Numbered from the stretch's first letter, positions 1-11,175 are shown. The stretch is 49,381 nucleotides of DNA from Cyanobacteriota bacterium (GCA_046045965.1 JBJOKS010000032.1:1-49381), one strand, 5' to 3'. The notes: a model not told the origin generated them from the letters alone. Numbers and translations: made by a program.

Positions 1-111
1 AATGTTCCAGATTGCATTGCGCTGTCGAGGGTTTACTGATTTTTCTGATTGTCCGATACCTGTTGAGTAGATGACACTTTTTATCAATACACTATTTTCC
101 TACTTTGTCAA

Positions 112-123
112 TGCGTAAGTCCT
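112..123. mobile_element. Solo IS/MITE terminal repeat (TGCGTAAGTCCT)
   Basis: Near-identical to the right terminal inverted repeat of the 17536-17621 element; no partner end seen in the window. Confidence 0.45.
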
Positions 124-268
124 AATAACGACAATTTTTAACGCCTACCTACTTAGAGAATGGTTGCGAAAATATATAGAACTGGGATTTAGTGAACTTT
201 ATCTGCACAACGTTAACCGCGAACAAGAGAATTTTATTGAAGTATTTGGTGAGAAAGTTTTACCAGCA

Positions 269-1768
269 CTAAAAATCAAAGTAGATATAGGGTAAGCTAC
301 CTTCAGGAGCTAGTAACCAAACAGCGTAGAAACATAAAGGTACAAACACAAGTTTGATTGTCCAGTTAAACTCTAACTTCATTCCTCGTTTAAAGGCATA
401 GGTTATACTCATCAACACAGCCAGAGCGACTAATAAAAAAGATAGTTCTTGTTGGTTACTGTTTAAGGCTTCAACATAGACTTTTTCGGCAAATTGTGCA
501 TCAGCAGTATGTCCCCAAAGGTGCTGTATGACTAAAGCAGAATCTTGGAAATTGGGGAGACGAAACCAAATCCAGGATGTGAAAACCATACATTGAGTTA
601 ACAACCATGCGAAAATTATACCAACAGGGTGCTGCCAAAATAGATTAAGAATTTTAAAGCGATCGCTCATAGCATCTGTCAGACGATGAACAGCCAAAGC
701 TATACCATGCAACGCACCCCAAACCACAAAGCCCCAAGCTGAACCATGCCAAATACCAGCTACTATCATCACAATAAATAAATTTAAGCAGGTACGCACT
801 AATCCTCGTCGGGAACCACCTAAAGGAAAGTAAAGATAATTACGCAACCAGTCACCCAAAGTTATATGCCAACGTCGCCAAAAATCGGCAATGCTGGTAC
901 TAAAATAGGGAAAATCGAAATTTTCAGGTAAAACTAAACCAAAAAGCAAAGCACTACCACGAGCAATATCTACATAGCCATTAAAATCTAAATATAACTG
1001 TAAACCATAGGCAAAGGTAGCTAACCATAAATCTGTGCTACCGGCTCTTTGCAAATTACCAAAACATAAATCAACAAAAATTCCTAAATTATCAGCCAGA
1101 ATCCCTTTTTTAACCGCACCTCTAGCAATTAACCACAACGCTTCTGACCATCTATCAACATTGGGTAATCTGACTGTATTGAATTGAATAGCTAAATTAT
1201 GGTAACGCGTAATTGGTCCAGAAATGAGTTTAGGAAAAAATAATTTGTAGGTAGCGAATTTCAAAAATTGGTCAGTAGCTGGCGCACCACGATAAACATC
1301 TATTAAATAAGCAATACACTCAAATGTAAAAAAGGAAATTCCCAAAGGTGTAATTAATTTAAAAGGTGCATCTGGTGAGTCTAGCGGTATGTTAAAAATC
1401 CATTTTAATAAAATAGGTAAATACTTAAAACTTAATAGGAGTGTTACATTTAAAATCACACCGAAACACAAAAGTTTCAAACGGTTAAGATTCCAGTCAG
1501 ATTGATAAATCTGCCACTCTTCATTAGAATTTTGCCAGTCTTGAGAATGTTTACCTGGTAAGGTATTTTTACCAATTTCTAGACCGATACGAAAGTTAAT
1601 AAAAGTAAGTACCAACAGTAATGGTAAGTATTGAATATGCCAAGATGAGTAGAATACAAGACTAGCTAAAAGTATTATCCATAATCGTAATCTTTGTTGA
1701 TTTACAGTCCAGTAAATTCCCAAGATACTTAGTAGAAAAAGTGCGTAAACAATTGATATAAACTTCAT
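269..1768 (-). CDS. MBOAT family O-acyltransferase (AlgI/DltB/PatA-like)
   Basis: Multi-TM protein with PLGISFFTF, DFWRRWHITL and GIWHG (catalytic His) motifs; C-terminal YIYFDF motif. Confidence 0.93.
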   Translation of the reverse strand: MKFISIVYALFLLSILGIYWTVNQQRLRLWIILLASLVFYSSWHIQYLPLLLVLTFINFRIGLEIGKNTLPGKHSQDWQNSNEEWQIYQSDWNLNRLKLLCFGVILNVTLLLSFKYLPILLKWIFNIPLDSPDAPFKLITPLGISFFTFECIAYLIDVYRGAPATDQFLKFATYKLFFPKLISGPITRYHNLAIQFNTVRLPNVDRWSEALWLIARGAVKKGILADNLGIFVDLCFGNLQRAGSTDLWLATFAYGLQLYLDFNGYVDIARGSALLFGLVLPENFDFPYFSTSIADFWRRWHITLGDWLRNYLYFPLGGSRRGLVRTCLNLFIVMIVAGIWHGSAWGFVVWGALHGIALAVHRLTDAMSDRFKILNLFWQHPVGIIFAWLLTQCMVFTSWIWFRLPNFQDSALVIQHLWGHTADAQFAEKVYVEALNSNQQELSFLLVALAVLMSITYAFKRGMKLEFNWTIKLVFVPLCFYAVWLLAPEGSLPYIYFDF

Positions 1769-1784
1769 TTTTTAGTCATTGGTC

Positions 1785-1866
1785 AGGGAATAGGGAATAG
1801 GGAATAGGGAACAGACAAAAGACAAAAGACAGAAGTTTTTTAATTTTGACTTTTGACTTTTGACTT
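1785..1866. repeat. STRR heptamer tandem repeats (AGGGAAT, GACAAAA, TTTTGAC)
   Basis: Tandem 7-mers read directly in the intergenic region. Confidence 0.85.
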
Positions 1867-1885
1867 GATTTTCCCCAGTCCCCAT

Positions 1886-4800
1886 TTATTTAAAAGTCCA
1901 GGGAATAATGGGGTCACTAGCCAGCTTTTTAGAAACTTCATAAGCTCCGTAGCGGTTGAGGTGACTGGGGTCAGAAAAGTAGTCATTTGCTTTAGTCCAG
2001 ATTTGGCTTAAATCTCGGTAGATAAAGTTATTATGGGTAGTGGAAGCATCTAACATATATTTTTGAAATTCTTGTTCATATTTTGACCTCACTGGATCTA
2101 AGTAATCTCCCGTCAAAGGCATATTCACAAATACTAAGGATATTTGTTGATTTTTGGTAAACTCTATCACTGATTGTAAAGCCGCGTCTTGTTCACCTGC
2201 TAATTGAAAAGATTTATAATCATTGTCGTAACTTCCACTTACTCTGGGATGATTTTGATAGTATGTAGCAGGATTAAAACGAATAGATAAGGGTAAGAAG
2301 CCATCAAAATCAACTCCTTGTTGCGACTGATATTCTTTTGGATCGCTGGTTAATTTAATGTTTGATTTGACTTGCTGATAGTTATTAATAAATGGTAAAT
2401 AATTGATTTGTCTTTGCAATAAAGCTTTGATTTGGTCACGATTTTCGTAGCTGGCAGATATACCAACCAAAGCCTGATTTAGAAATTCATTAGCCACTTG
2501 ATAGCCATTAATATTGACTGATGTACCGTGATTTTTTTCATCGTTTGCTGCATTTTCTTCTGGGTTGGACAAATTATCGTTAACAACAGGTTTGGTGGCT
2601 TTTTTTAATACTTCTTGATAGCCTTTGGAAGCAGCAATAGTATTAAAAGTGATATCTTCACGACCATTATTGAAAGCTCTAGAACCATCTGCCCAAATAA
2701 TCAGCTTTGGTAATTCCGAGGTTTCTAAGACTTGACGAATGATAAAGTCTACAACTTGGGCTGTAGCACCATTAATACCAAAATTAAATACATCTATTTT
2801 GGCATAACCTTGAATTTCCAAGGCTTTAGAAAGGGCAACGGGGTCAACTCCTCTTAAGGCACGAGAAGAACCAATAATTAGGACATCTGGTGGTTTACCA
2901 TCTATGACTAAACGCTGTTTATAAATTGCTAATTGTTCATCTAATTGCCTAGCATTAAAACTGGGCATCTGAGAGCGTGCTGCTAATAGAATCGCAGCAG
3001 AACTGGCTTTTTGTTTCAATGGTGCAGCGGGCAAATTTTCTGCTGGGCTATCATTTTGAGTAAAGCCAGAAGCATTAAAAGCCGAATTACCAAATTGAGA
3101 AGATTTTGTCCTATTATTGCTAGTGAAAAATGCTGTTTTTTGCTCTTGATTTTTGCCTGAGTTTAAAGATGTTTGGGACTGTGCTGAGGATGAGGATAAA
3201 GGACTATTTAAAGCACTATTACCAGAGGGTGAATTTTGCATAGTCCGAGTAATCACATAACCTAACATCCAATCACTTTGGAGAGTGAGTATTAATCCCA
3301 AGGCTACCCAAACTAAACTAGCCCACAGTCCTTGTTCATCAGGGTTTTGTTCGGTTGACTGGTGGGTTTCTGCAAACAGTTGCGTTGCCAAAAGTAGCTT
3401 TCTGATTTGTTGGTGAGCAGTTTCCAGCCAATCTTGTGCTGCTTCAGTCACTAAATTTTGAACTTCCTGAGTTGTTAAATCAGGACGCAAAATTGGCTCA
3501 TTAGTTTCATTTTCATTAGTCAGCAAATCACTGACATATTCCGCCGTAGCGGCAAATTCTGGTGTAGCTTCTGGTACTAATCTGTGTCGTTGTCCGAAAT
3601 CAACTCCGTGATGCCAAACAGGTTCAGTATCACCAGCACGACGACCGTAAACTCTTACACCGCTAAGACCGATAATATTGAGTTGGCGAATAAATTGGGT
3701 GACTTTGCTGGCTACTTGCTGCCGTGTGGGACAGTTGGGCGCATCACACATAAGATGCAGTAAATCACCTTTACGCAACAATAGAACGCGGATACCGCCT
3801 GTTTTTAACCGCCAATCCATGTCCTGATTTAACAGGCGTTCTAGTAAGAAAATAATTGCCGGTTCATCTCCAGCAGTACCTAGTTCCAGTGTGGGTGTTG
3901 CCAGTGCTTGATGCTTTGCGGCGGGTAAAGATAACCAATCTACCCAAGCGGGTTGTTTCTCATCTGTTTTTTGTCCGTAGACAGCAGCGGCCAGAATGCC
4001 TTGGGGAGCGATCTTTTCTAGTTGAGAGATAATCAGCGGTAAACAGACTTCCTTTTCTGGTGCGGGTGCAGTTTTTAAAGGGTCAACTGCTGGAGTGCAA
4101 AAGATATGTAGGGTAAATTCTTTTAAAGAAGCTTGAACGGCAATTTTAAAATCTGATAATAGTTCAGTTAACAAGCGAGCGATCGCCTGTATATCCCCCC
4201 AACGCGCCCATTCTTTGAGCATGGTTTCCGGCGGGGTTAAATCTACTCGCAACCGCCAATCTGGCTCAGTTTCGCCCCGGACTTGGGAGACAATAACAGC
4301 ATCTTCATAGCCAGCCAGCTTGAGATGTCGCAACTGTTGAGCTACTGGTTCAGCCAGTAATGTAGCATCAGGGCTATAAGTTGATTGGCAAAATATCCAG
4401 AGACGATTACCTGTTGTTTGGGATTTAGCTTTAGACTCGTAGGGCTTGCTTTTAACTTGTACAGCCACACCCAACTTACTCAGATTTTCACTCAGATAAC
4501 GAGCGATCGCATCAGGGTTGCCTTGACGTGCCAAACTTTCATTAGAGACAATCAGCGCCCCACCAGGTAGTCTGGATTTTTTGGCTTCTGATAAAAGTGC
4601 TTGCTCTACCTGCTCTAGATGTCGATCTAATTGATTTAAGTAGACTCGATGACACCATTCGGGACGATGTTCTCCTTTCTTTCGGCCATAGACCAATACT
4701 TGGTATATTGAGGATTGTTCCTCATTTGTGAGGCTATCTAAGTCTGTTTGTGCCAGTGCTTGTAATAAGTCATAAAGGGTGTGCCAACGTTTTGGGCAGT

Positions 4801-4930
4801 CTGTACCTTCACAAAGGATATGCAGTTCATTTCCCAACAACCGGACCTTCACCCCGAAAGTGCTGATTCCTGTTGCTTGGCTTACCCACTGCACTAAGGT
4901 TTGCTGGCGATCAAGTAATAGTGTTTTCAT
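1886..4930 (-). CDS. Membrane-anchored protein with repeated N-terminal domains and a C-terminal SGNH-like (DUF1574/DltD-like) domain
   Basis: One hydrophobic segment near residues 535-560; VLIIGSSR, NFGING and SDPSHLN (DxxH) motifs; same strand and directly upstream of the MBOAT gene. Confidence 0.8.
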   Translation of the reverse strand: MKTLLLDRQQTLVQWVSQATGISTFGVKVRLLGNELHILCEGTDCPKRWHTLYDLLQALAQTDLDSLTNEEQSSIYQVLVYGRKKGEHRPEWCHRVYLNQLDRHLEQVEQALLSEAKKSRLPGGALIVSNESLARQGNPDAIARYLSENLSKLGVAVQVKSKPYESKAKSQTTGNRLWIFCQSTYSPDATLLAEPVAQQLRHLKLAGYEDAVIVSQVRGETEPDWRLRVDLTPPETMLKEWARWGDIQAIARLLTELLSDFKIAVQASLKEFTLHIFCTPAVDPLKTAPAPEKEVCLPLIISQLEKIAPQGILAAAVYGQKTDEKQPAWVDWLSLPAAKHQALATPTLELGTAGDEPAIIFLLERLLNQDMDWRLKTGGIRVLLLRKGDLLHLMCDAPNCPTRQQVASKVTQFIRQLNIIGLSGVRVYGRRAGDTEPVWHHGVDFGQRHRLVPEATPEFAATAEYVSDLLTNENETNEPILRPDLTTQEVQNLVTEAAQDWLETAHQQIRKLLLATQLFAETHQSTEQNPDEQGLWASLVWVALGLILTLQSDWMLGYVITRTMQNSPSGNSALNSPLSSSSAQSQTSLNSGKNQEQKTAFFTSNNRTKSSQFGNSAFNASGFTQNDSPAENLPAAPLKQKASSAAILLAARSQMPSFNARQLDEQLAIYKQRLVIDGKPPDVLIIGSSRALRGVDPVALSKALEIQGYAKIDVFNFGINGATAQVVDFIIRQVLETSELPKLIIWADGSRAFNNGREDITFNTIAASKGYQEVLKKATKPVVNDNLSNPEENAANDEKNHGTSVNINGYQVANEFLNQALVGISASYENRDQIKALLQRQINYLPFINNYQQVKSNIKLTSDPKEYQSQQGVDFDGFLPLSIRFNPATYYQNHPRVSGSYDNDYKSFQLAGEQDAALQSVIEFTKNQQISLVFVNMPLTGDYLDPVRSKYEQEFQKYMLDASTTHNNFIYRDLSQIWTKANDYFSDPSHLNRYGAYEVSKKLASDPIIPWTFK

Positions 4931-5148
4931 TATGAAGTTGACTTTAACAGGAAGCGAGTATTGGGGAATTTTGCCTGTACTTGTAAACTAGAACCATAGA
5001 ATTATCACATTTTGCAGTTTTTTTTTAACAATTTTGTTACCTTTGGAGCTTGCAAAATGGGCAAAGATAGTCTTATCAAGGTTACACGTCTTCTAAAAAT
5101 TGAGTTTTGCATCTATTTTACTCATCGCCCCATCACTAAGAATTAGCA

Positions 5149-5385
5149 ATGTCACCTGTAACCCAACACCCATCAACACCCCCTGGATTAAATTTGATTT
5201 TGTTTAGTATTCCCCAATCTTGTCTCCTACAAATAGCTACAGTATCTATGCTACTGCTACTTGTAGCCGATAAAGCAGCTGGTCAGGCATTAGCAGCTTT
5301 AGGATCAGCCAGTGAAGAAGTATTTAGAGGCGATCGCCTCCCCCTTCTCAACTTCCCAGATGAACAGGAACTAAACGAAGGCTAA
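5149..5385 (+). CDS. Small conserved cyanobacterial hypothetical protein
   Basis: 78-aa ORF with a hydrophobic stretch and a SEEVFRGDRLPLL C-terminal motif; contains HIP1. Confidence 0.7.
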   Translation: MSPVTQHPSTPPGLNLILFSIPQSCLLQIATVSMLLLLVADKAAGQALAALGSASEEVFRGDRLPLLNFPDEQELNEG

Positions 5386-5486
5386 ACAGTTATATATAAC
5401 CATTTATGGGCTTCGGGTAATCCTATAAACCAAGCAGCAAAAAACTAAAATTGTAAACAGTAATTGGCTTTACTAGAGCAAAGAAT

Positions 5487-8400
5487 ATGGGTTCCCTTTT
5501 ATACTCTTCATCGCCGATAGCGAATATCTACCCTATGTCTGAATTATTCTTGCGTCATCGTCTACAGGTAGTAGAAGAATTGTGGGAGTCGGTTCTGCGA
5601 CAAGAATGCGGACAAAAGATGGTGGATCTATTGCGGCAGTTGCGCGATTTGTGTTCACCTGAAGGACAAGCTACCAATGATCAAGCCGCTTCAGCAGTTG
5701 AATTGATTGAACAGCTAAATATCAACGAGGCCATTCGTGCTGCTCGTGCTTTTGCTCTTTATTTTCAGCTAATTAATATCATCGAGCAGGAATATGAACA
5801 AAAACAGCAGTTAACTCGCTATTCTGATTCGGGTATCGTCGATCAGGAACAGCTGGCCAATATTATTTATTCGACTAACCAAAGGGAAGATGACTTACCT
5901 GTCACTAAGGAACTAGGCGCAGATTCATCACAAAGTTGGACAGACACAACGCCGGTGAAACAAAAAGGTACTTTTGCAGCTTTATTTCCCCTGTTATTCA
6001 AACTGAATGTACCACCTCAGCAAATTCAACGTCTGATTTCTCAACTGGATATCCGCTTGGTTTTCACTGCACACCCCACGGAAATTGTTCGTCACACCAT
6101 CCGCGATAAACAGCGACAAGTAGTAAACCTCTTACAACAGCTAGATAGTTTGGAAACTCGCTCTGGTGGTTATCCTTGGGAAGCAGCAGAGGTAAAAGAG
6201 CGATTATTGGAAGAAATTCGCCTCTGGTGGCGTACAGACGAACTGCATCAATTTAAACCCACTGTATTAGATGAAGTAGATTATGCGCTGCACTACTTCC
6301 AGGAAGTTTTATTTGATGGTATACCTCAACTTTATAAACGCCTCAAATATTCTCTAGCACAAACATTTCCTTGGTTAGAACCACCCAGTAAAAATTTCTG
6401 CTCTTTTGGTTCTTGGGTAGGTTCAGATAGGGATGGAAACCCATCGGTAACACCAGAAGTAACTTGGAAAACCGCTTGTTATCAACGGAAAATGGTGTTA
6501 GAGAGATATATTCATTCAGTGAAGCAGCTGATTGAATTATTAAGTGTGTCGATGCACTGGAGTGATGTGCTGCCAGATTTGCTAGAGTCGCTAGAGTTAG
6601 ATCAATCTATTTTAAGTGATGTCTACGATGCGCTGGCTTTGCGTTATCGTCAAGAACCTTATCGCTTAAAATTGGCTTATGTGTTAAGAAGGCTGGAAAA
6701 TACACGCGATCGCAATTTAGCTTTATATAATCGGGAAACCCCAACCAATGAAGATTCCCCCATGTATCGTTCGGGGGCGGAATTTTTAGTGGAACTGCGA
6801 TTAATTCAACGCAATTTGACAGAAACAGGTCTAAGTTGTCGAGAATTAGACAACCTCATCTGTCAAGTGGAAATCTTTGATTTTAACCTGACTCAATTAG
6901 ATATTCGTCAAGAATCATCTCGTCACTCTGATGCGCTCAATGAGATTCTTGAATACTTGCAAGTTTTACCCCAATCTTATAACGAACTCTCAGAAGCTCA
7001 AAGGGTAGCTTGGTTAACTGGAGAACTGCAAACCAGACGGCCGTTAATTCCCGCTGAATTACCATTTTCGGAAAAAACCAATGATGTAATTGAAACCTTC
7101 CGCGTCGTGCGATCGCTGCAACAAGAATTTGGCCTCAACATCTGCCAAACCTACATTATCAGTATGTGCCGGGAAGTCAGCGATGTTTTGGAAGTTTTGC
7201 TTTTAGCCAAAGAAGCGCGATTATTTGATCCAGCGATCGCTGTCGGATCAATTCGAGTTGTACCGCTATTTGAGACTGTAGAGGACTTACAACGCTCTAG
7301 AAGCGTCATGCGGCAACTGTTTGAACTCCCCCTATATCGCGCTTTCTTAGCAGGGGGTTATGAAGCAATTAATCCAGAACATACCACCCCAACTTCCCAA
7401 CCCCCCAATTCCCCATCTTCCCCCATTCTCAACCCCAACTTACAAGAAGTGATGCTGGGGTATTCTGACAGCAATAAAGACTCTGGTTTTTTAAGCAGTA
7501 ACTGGGAAATTCACAAAGCTCAGAAATCACTGCAAAAAATCGCCGAAGAATACGGCTTAAACCTGCGAATTTTCCACGGACGGGGTGGATCAGTCGGTCG
7601 TGGTGGTGGACCTGCTTATGAGGCGATTTTAGCCCAACCAGGACACAGTATTAATGGACGGATCAAGATTACTGAACAAGGGGAAGTTTTAGCTTCTAAA
7701 TATTCCTTGCTGGACTTGGCTTTGTATCACGTTGAAACTATTACCAGCGCAGTGGTGCAAGCTAGTTTGTTGAAAACCGGGTTTGATAATATTGAACCCT
7801 GGAATGAGATTATGGAAGAATTAGCAGTGCGTTCTCGTCAGCATTATCGCGCTCTGATTTACGAACAACCCGATTTTATCGACTTCTTCCACCAAGTCAC
7901 CCCCATCGAAGAAATTAGCCAGTTGCAAATTAGCTCACGTCCAGCACGACGACCATCTGGTAAAAAGGATTTAAGTAGTTTGCGAGCTATTCCTTGGGTG
8001 TTTAGTTGGACACAAACCCGGTTTTTGTTACCTTCCTGGTATGGTGTGGGGACAGCTTTACAAGAGTTCTTGAATGAAGAACCAGAAGAACACCTGAAAT
8101 TACTACGTTATTTCTACATTAAGTGGCCTTTCTTCAAAATGGTAATTTCTAAAGCAGAAATGACCTTGGCTAAAGTAGACATGGAAATGGCGCGTCATTA
8201 CGTACAGGAATTGTCTAACCCAGAAGATAAACCCAGGTTTGAGAAAGTGTTTGAGCAAATTGCTAGTGAATTCTATCTCACCAGGGATTTTGTACTAAAA
8301 ATTACTGGACACCAGCGACTTTTAGACGGTGATCCAATTTTGCAGCGTTCAGTACAGTTACGTAATGGCACAATTGTACCGTTAGGATTTATCCAAGTTT

Positions 8401-8540
8401 CTCTACTCAAGCGTCTCCGACAGTACAAGAACAGTACCACACCAGGAGTAATTCACTCCCGTTACAGCAAAGGGGAATTACTAAGAGGAGCATTGTTAAC
8501 TATTAATGGTATTGCAGCGGGAATGAGAAATACAGGTTGA
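5487..8540 (+). CDS. ppc: Phosphoenolpyruvate carboxylase
   Basis: [40 protein letters not shown] motifs and C-terminal GMRNTG. Confidence 0.99.
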   Translation: MGSLLYSSSPIANIYPMSELFLRHRLQVVEELWESVLRQECGQKMVDLLRQLRDLCSPEGQATNDQAASAVELIEQLNINEAIRAARAFALYFQLINIIEQEYEQKQQLTRYSDSGIVDQEQLANIIYSTNQREDDLPVTKELGADSSQSWTDTTPVKQKGTFAALFPLLFKLNVPPQQIQRLISQLDIRLVFTAHPTEIVRHTIRDKQRQVVNLLQQLDSLETRSGGYPWEAAEVKERLLEEIRLWWRTDELHQFKPTVLDEVDYALHYFQEVLFDGIPQLYKRLKYSLAQTFPWLEPPSKNFCSFGSWVGSDRDGNPSVTPEVTWKTACYQRKMVLERYIHSVKQLIELLSVSMHWSDVLPDLLESLELDQSILSDVYDALALRYRQEPYRLKLAYVLRRLENTRDRNLALYNRETPTNEDSPMYRSGAEFLVELRLIQRNLTETGLSCRELDNLICQVEIFDFNLTQLDIRQESSRHSDALNEILEYLQVLPQSYNELSEAQRVAWLTGELQTRRPLIPAELPFSEKTNDVIETFRVVRSLQQEFGLNICQTYIISMCREVSDVLEVLLLAKEARLFDPAIAVGSIRVVPLFETVEDLQRSRSVMRQLFELPLYRAFLAGGYEAINPEHTTPTSQPPNSPSSPILNPNLQEVMLGYSDSNKDSGFLSSNWEIHKAQKSLQKIAEEYGLNLRIFHGRGGSVGRGGGPAYEAILAQPGHSINGRIKITEQGEVLASKYSLLDLALYHVETITSAVVQASLLKTGFDNIEPWNEIMEELAVRSRQHYRALIYEQPDFIDFFHQVTPIEEISQLQISSRPARRPSGKKDLSSLRAIPWVFSWTQTRFLLPSWYGVGTALQEFLNEEPEEHLKLLRYFYIKWPFFKMVISKAEMTLAKVDMEMARHYVQELSNPEDKPRFEKVFEQIASEFYLTRDFVLKITGHQRLLDGDPILQRSVQLRNGTIVPLGFIQVSLLKRLRQYKNSTTPGVIHSRYSKGELLRGALLTINGIAAGMRNTG

Positions 8541-8607
8541 TGGAAGGCAGGGGAAGCAGGGGAAGCAGGGGAGGGTTAATAACCTAATGACCAATGACTA
8601 ATGACCA

Positions 8608-8859
8608 ATGACTAAAAAACGCATCCTCATTTGTACTTTTGTAGCCTTATCATCTGGCTTTTTTGGTGGTTTAATGGGTGGACAAATCACCTCAATGCTT
8701 CATAATCAAAAATGTCAAAATCAAGCCTGGGGTTGGAAAATGATGTGTAATACTTTGGTAACACCGGGAGCAATTTGGCAGGGTAGTATAGCCGGAATTT
8801 GGACAGGTACAATATTAGGTGCGTTTGCTGGTGGGTCAATAATACGCAAAAACTATTAG
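8608..8859 (+). CDS. Small Gly-rich two-helix membrane protein
   Basis: 83-aa ORF with two glycine-zipper-like hydrophobic segments. Confidence 0.65.
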   Translation: MTKKRILICTFVALSSGFFGGLMGGQITSMLHNQKCQNQAWGWKMMCNTLVTPGAIWQGSIAGIWTGTILGAFAGGSIIRKNY

Positions 8860-8934
8860 TTAGGGAACAGGGAACAGGTAAAGAATTTTCTCCCCACCTC
8901 CCCACCTCCCCATCACCCCAGTCCCTTCCAGTCC

Positions 8935-9318
8935 CTATTCCCGTGGGGTGGTAGATGACTGTAGACTGCTTAAAGATTGCCAAGTATTGGTGCTAGTATC
9001 AAAACATCGCCAATTTCCTTGACGTTCGTCTTTGTAACAAAATAAGCTGCGATCGCGATCATCAAAATTATCAGTCAAAAAATATACCATTCCTCGAAAC
9101 GGATAAGTTTTACGACTCAGGCGCTTTGCTACGGCTTGATTCGGACATTCAACGATAAAAACGGATTCTCCATTAATTTTAGCGAGGGAGAAAATACACA
9201 TCCGCAAAATTGCTCTCAGCCAACTTTCAGAATTCTCGAAGTAATCATCGATAATTTTGTTAGTTAGAGCTTGTTCGAGGCTGCGGTCTTTGTTACGAGG
9301 AGTGTGGGCATCAGACAT
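8935..9318 (-). CDS. Hypothetical protein
   Basis: 127-aa ORF with an AGGTGA SD-like sequence upstream; contains HIP1. Confidence 0.75.
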   Translation of the reverse strand: MSDAHTPRNKDRSLEQALTNKIIDDYFENSESWLRAILRMCIFSLAKINGESVFIVECPNQAVAKRLSRKTYPFRGMVYFLTDNFDDRDRSLFCYKDERQGNWRCFDTSTNTWQSLSSLQSSTTPRE

Positions 9319-9386
9319 AGCATCACCTAAAAATGGCTATACCGCTGGTTTGAGATTAAACCAAAATCTCCCAAAGTGGCAAGTGT

Positions 9387-9475
9387 AGGGGACTGGGGAC
9401 TGGGGACTGGTGACTGGTGACTGGTGACTGGGTTATTTACTTCCCCTACATCCCCATCTCCCCATCTCCCCATTT
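9387..9475. repeat. STRR tandem repeats (GGGGACT/GGTGACT followed by CCCCATCT)
   Basis: Tandem 7- and 8-mers in a divergent intergenic region. Confidence 0.85.
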
Positions 9476-9532
9476 CCTAATCTCTATCCCTTCCCTGGTA
9501 AAATATACTTATAACCTTGAGAATATATCGCC

Positions 9533-9838
9533 ATGACTACCGAAACTAACGTAGAAAATCAAACTACCACAGGTGCAGATGCTATTGATGTAGCGATCGC
9601 GCAAGGAATTGATTTTGACGGTTCTCCTATTCCCTCAGCTAAGTTAGAACTGTATAACCAAGTCATGGGTTTAGAAGCTGGTAGACAACGCAGTGGTGTA
9701 TCTAATACTATGCGTTCTCGCATCGTCCGCATTGGTGCAAAGCATATCCCCCAAGCTGAATTAGACCAAAAACTTGTTGAGGCTGGTTTTGCACCTTTGA
9801 AAGAAAAAGAAATCGCCTTTTTCTACGGCGGTAAGTAA
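9533..9838 (+). CDS. DUF4090-family small protein
   Basis: GIDFDGSPIP, RQRSGVSNTMRSRIVRIGAKH and LKEKEIAFFY pattern typical of this cyanobacterial family. Confidence 0.8.
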   Translation: MTTETNVENQTTTGADAIDVAIAQGIDFDGSPIPSAKLELYNQVMGLEAGRQRSGVSNTMRSRIVRIGAKHIPQAELDQKLVEAGFAPLKEKEIAFFYGGK

Positions 9839-9862
9839 TTTTCTGAAGAGGTGCTAACTTTG

Positions 9863-9894
9863 TCAAAGTTCCCCTTTTTAAGGGGGATTTAGGG
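9863..9894. repeat. Partial small dispersed palindromic repeat (TCAAAGTTCCCCTTTTTAAGGGGGATTTAGGG)
   Basis: Near-identical to 27309-27342. Confidence 0.7.
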
Positions 9895-10103
9895 TATATG
9901 TAAGGATTGTGGACTTTAACGAAAATTAGTCAATCATTTCCTGTGGGAATATCAATATATGTGAAAATTGCATATACTTGGCTAGTGACATTATCGACTA
10001 GCGTAAACCTGCCTTAACCCAAAAAACGAGAGCTTATAACTTAAATCTTCGCTAAACTAAATTTACAATTGTTAATATGATAGATTAAAACCAATCATCA
10101 GAT

Positions 10104-10691
10104 ATGTCTTTAGCCAATACACCTTCTAAACCTAGACAGAATTCTGCTTTTAAACACCTAATGTCTATCCATTGGTGGATGTCAATTGGTTATTTAATAC
10201 TCTTTATTACAGGAACATTTATGGCCAGGTTGCCAAGAGAGGTTTTTATTCGTCCTTCCCTTTATGATTTTCACAAATCAATTGGTGCTTTAACAATGGC
10301 CATTCTCACTTGGAGAATTTTAGTATTGTTGCGGGTTTGGTGGCGCAAATATACAAAAAAATTTCCTAAATTTACTTCCGAATGGCTTAAAACAGTCGCC
10401 CTTCATACCAGTTTATATATCTTTATGTGGGTTGTTCCTGTTACGGGTTTTTTACTTTCTAATTCTTTCAAAAGTAATAATGTTAAATTTTTTGGTATTC
10501 TTTTACCAGATATTTTCCCACAAAATTCAGCAATGGTTGATATGGGTAGAAGTTTACATTTCTGGTTAGCCTATACATTTTCGGCTTTTATTATTTTACA
10601 TACAATTCAACAAAAAAAAGTAGTGCGATCGCTCTGGAAAAAATTCACCAAAACTATCACACCACGCAATAATTTATCCAGTAAATCATAA
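10104..10691 (+). CDS. Cytochrome b561 / Ni-hydrogenase cytochrome b family protein
   Basis: Four TM segments with heme-ligand His patterns IHWWM, FHKSIG, LHFWL and ILH. Confidence 0.9.
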   Translation: MSLANTPSKPRQNSAFKHLMSIHWWMSIGYLILFITGTFMARLPREVFIRPSLYDFHKSIGALTMAILTWRILVLLRVWWRKYTKKFPKFTSEWLKTVALHTSLYIFMWVVPVTGFLLSNSFKSNNVKFFGILLPDIFPQNSAMVDMGRSLHFWLAYTFSAFIILHTIQQKKVVRSLWKKFTKTITPRNNLSSKS

Positions 10692-10762
10692 CCCACAGTG
10701 TCAGTTATCAGTTATCATTGTTTACTGTTAACTGACTCCTGACTCCTTGCATAATTAGCTAA

Positions 10763-11056
10763 CTATTTTTCATGTTCCTGTTGATTATTATGTATGGTGT
10801 TATCTGCTTCCAATAACCTTGACATAAATACATCTGGTTTTCTACTCATCACAGATATAACTTTATCAATGGCAATGACTTCACTGATTTTAACAACCAT
10901 CTCCCACAAAGTATCTTCTTCTGTATCTTTATTGTGAGTTCTGTGTTTAAACCACAATAAATCATCTACAACCCCGATGATAGTAGCAAAATACCACTTA
11001 TCTCGTATTAGTAACCATATTTCTTTCTCTACGTAGGTTTGCAGAATAGATTTCAT
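10763..11056 (-). CDS. Small beta-rich hypothetical protein (possibly DUF6679-like)
   Basis: 97-aa ORF; family resemblance from memory only. Confidence 0.65.
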   Translation of the reverse strand: MKSILQTYVEKEIWLLIRDKWYFATIIGVVDDLLWFKHRTHNKDTEEDTLWEMVVKISEVIAIDKVISVMSRKPDVFMSRLLEADNTIHNNQQEHEK

Positions 11057-11175
11057 AATGGCTTAGATAACAAAAAGTTATAACGCCACATCCTACTTTT
11101 GATAGAGAAAATATAACAAGCGTAAATTTACTTAAATTTAAAATAGTAACATTAATACTCTTATACAGAAAAACA

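Noticed and set aside
1..77. Possible 5' end of a minus-strand gene at the window edge
   Set aside because: Only a few codons are visible (ATG near position 17); not enough to support a call.
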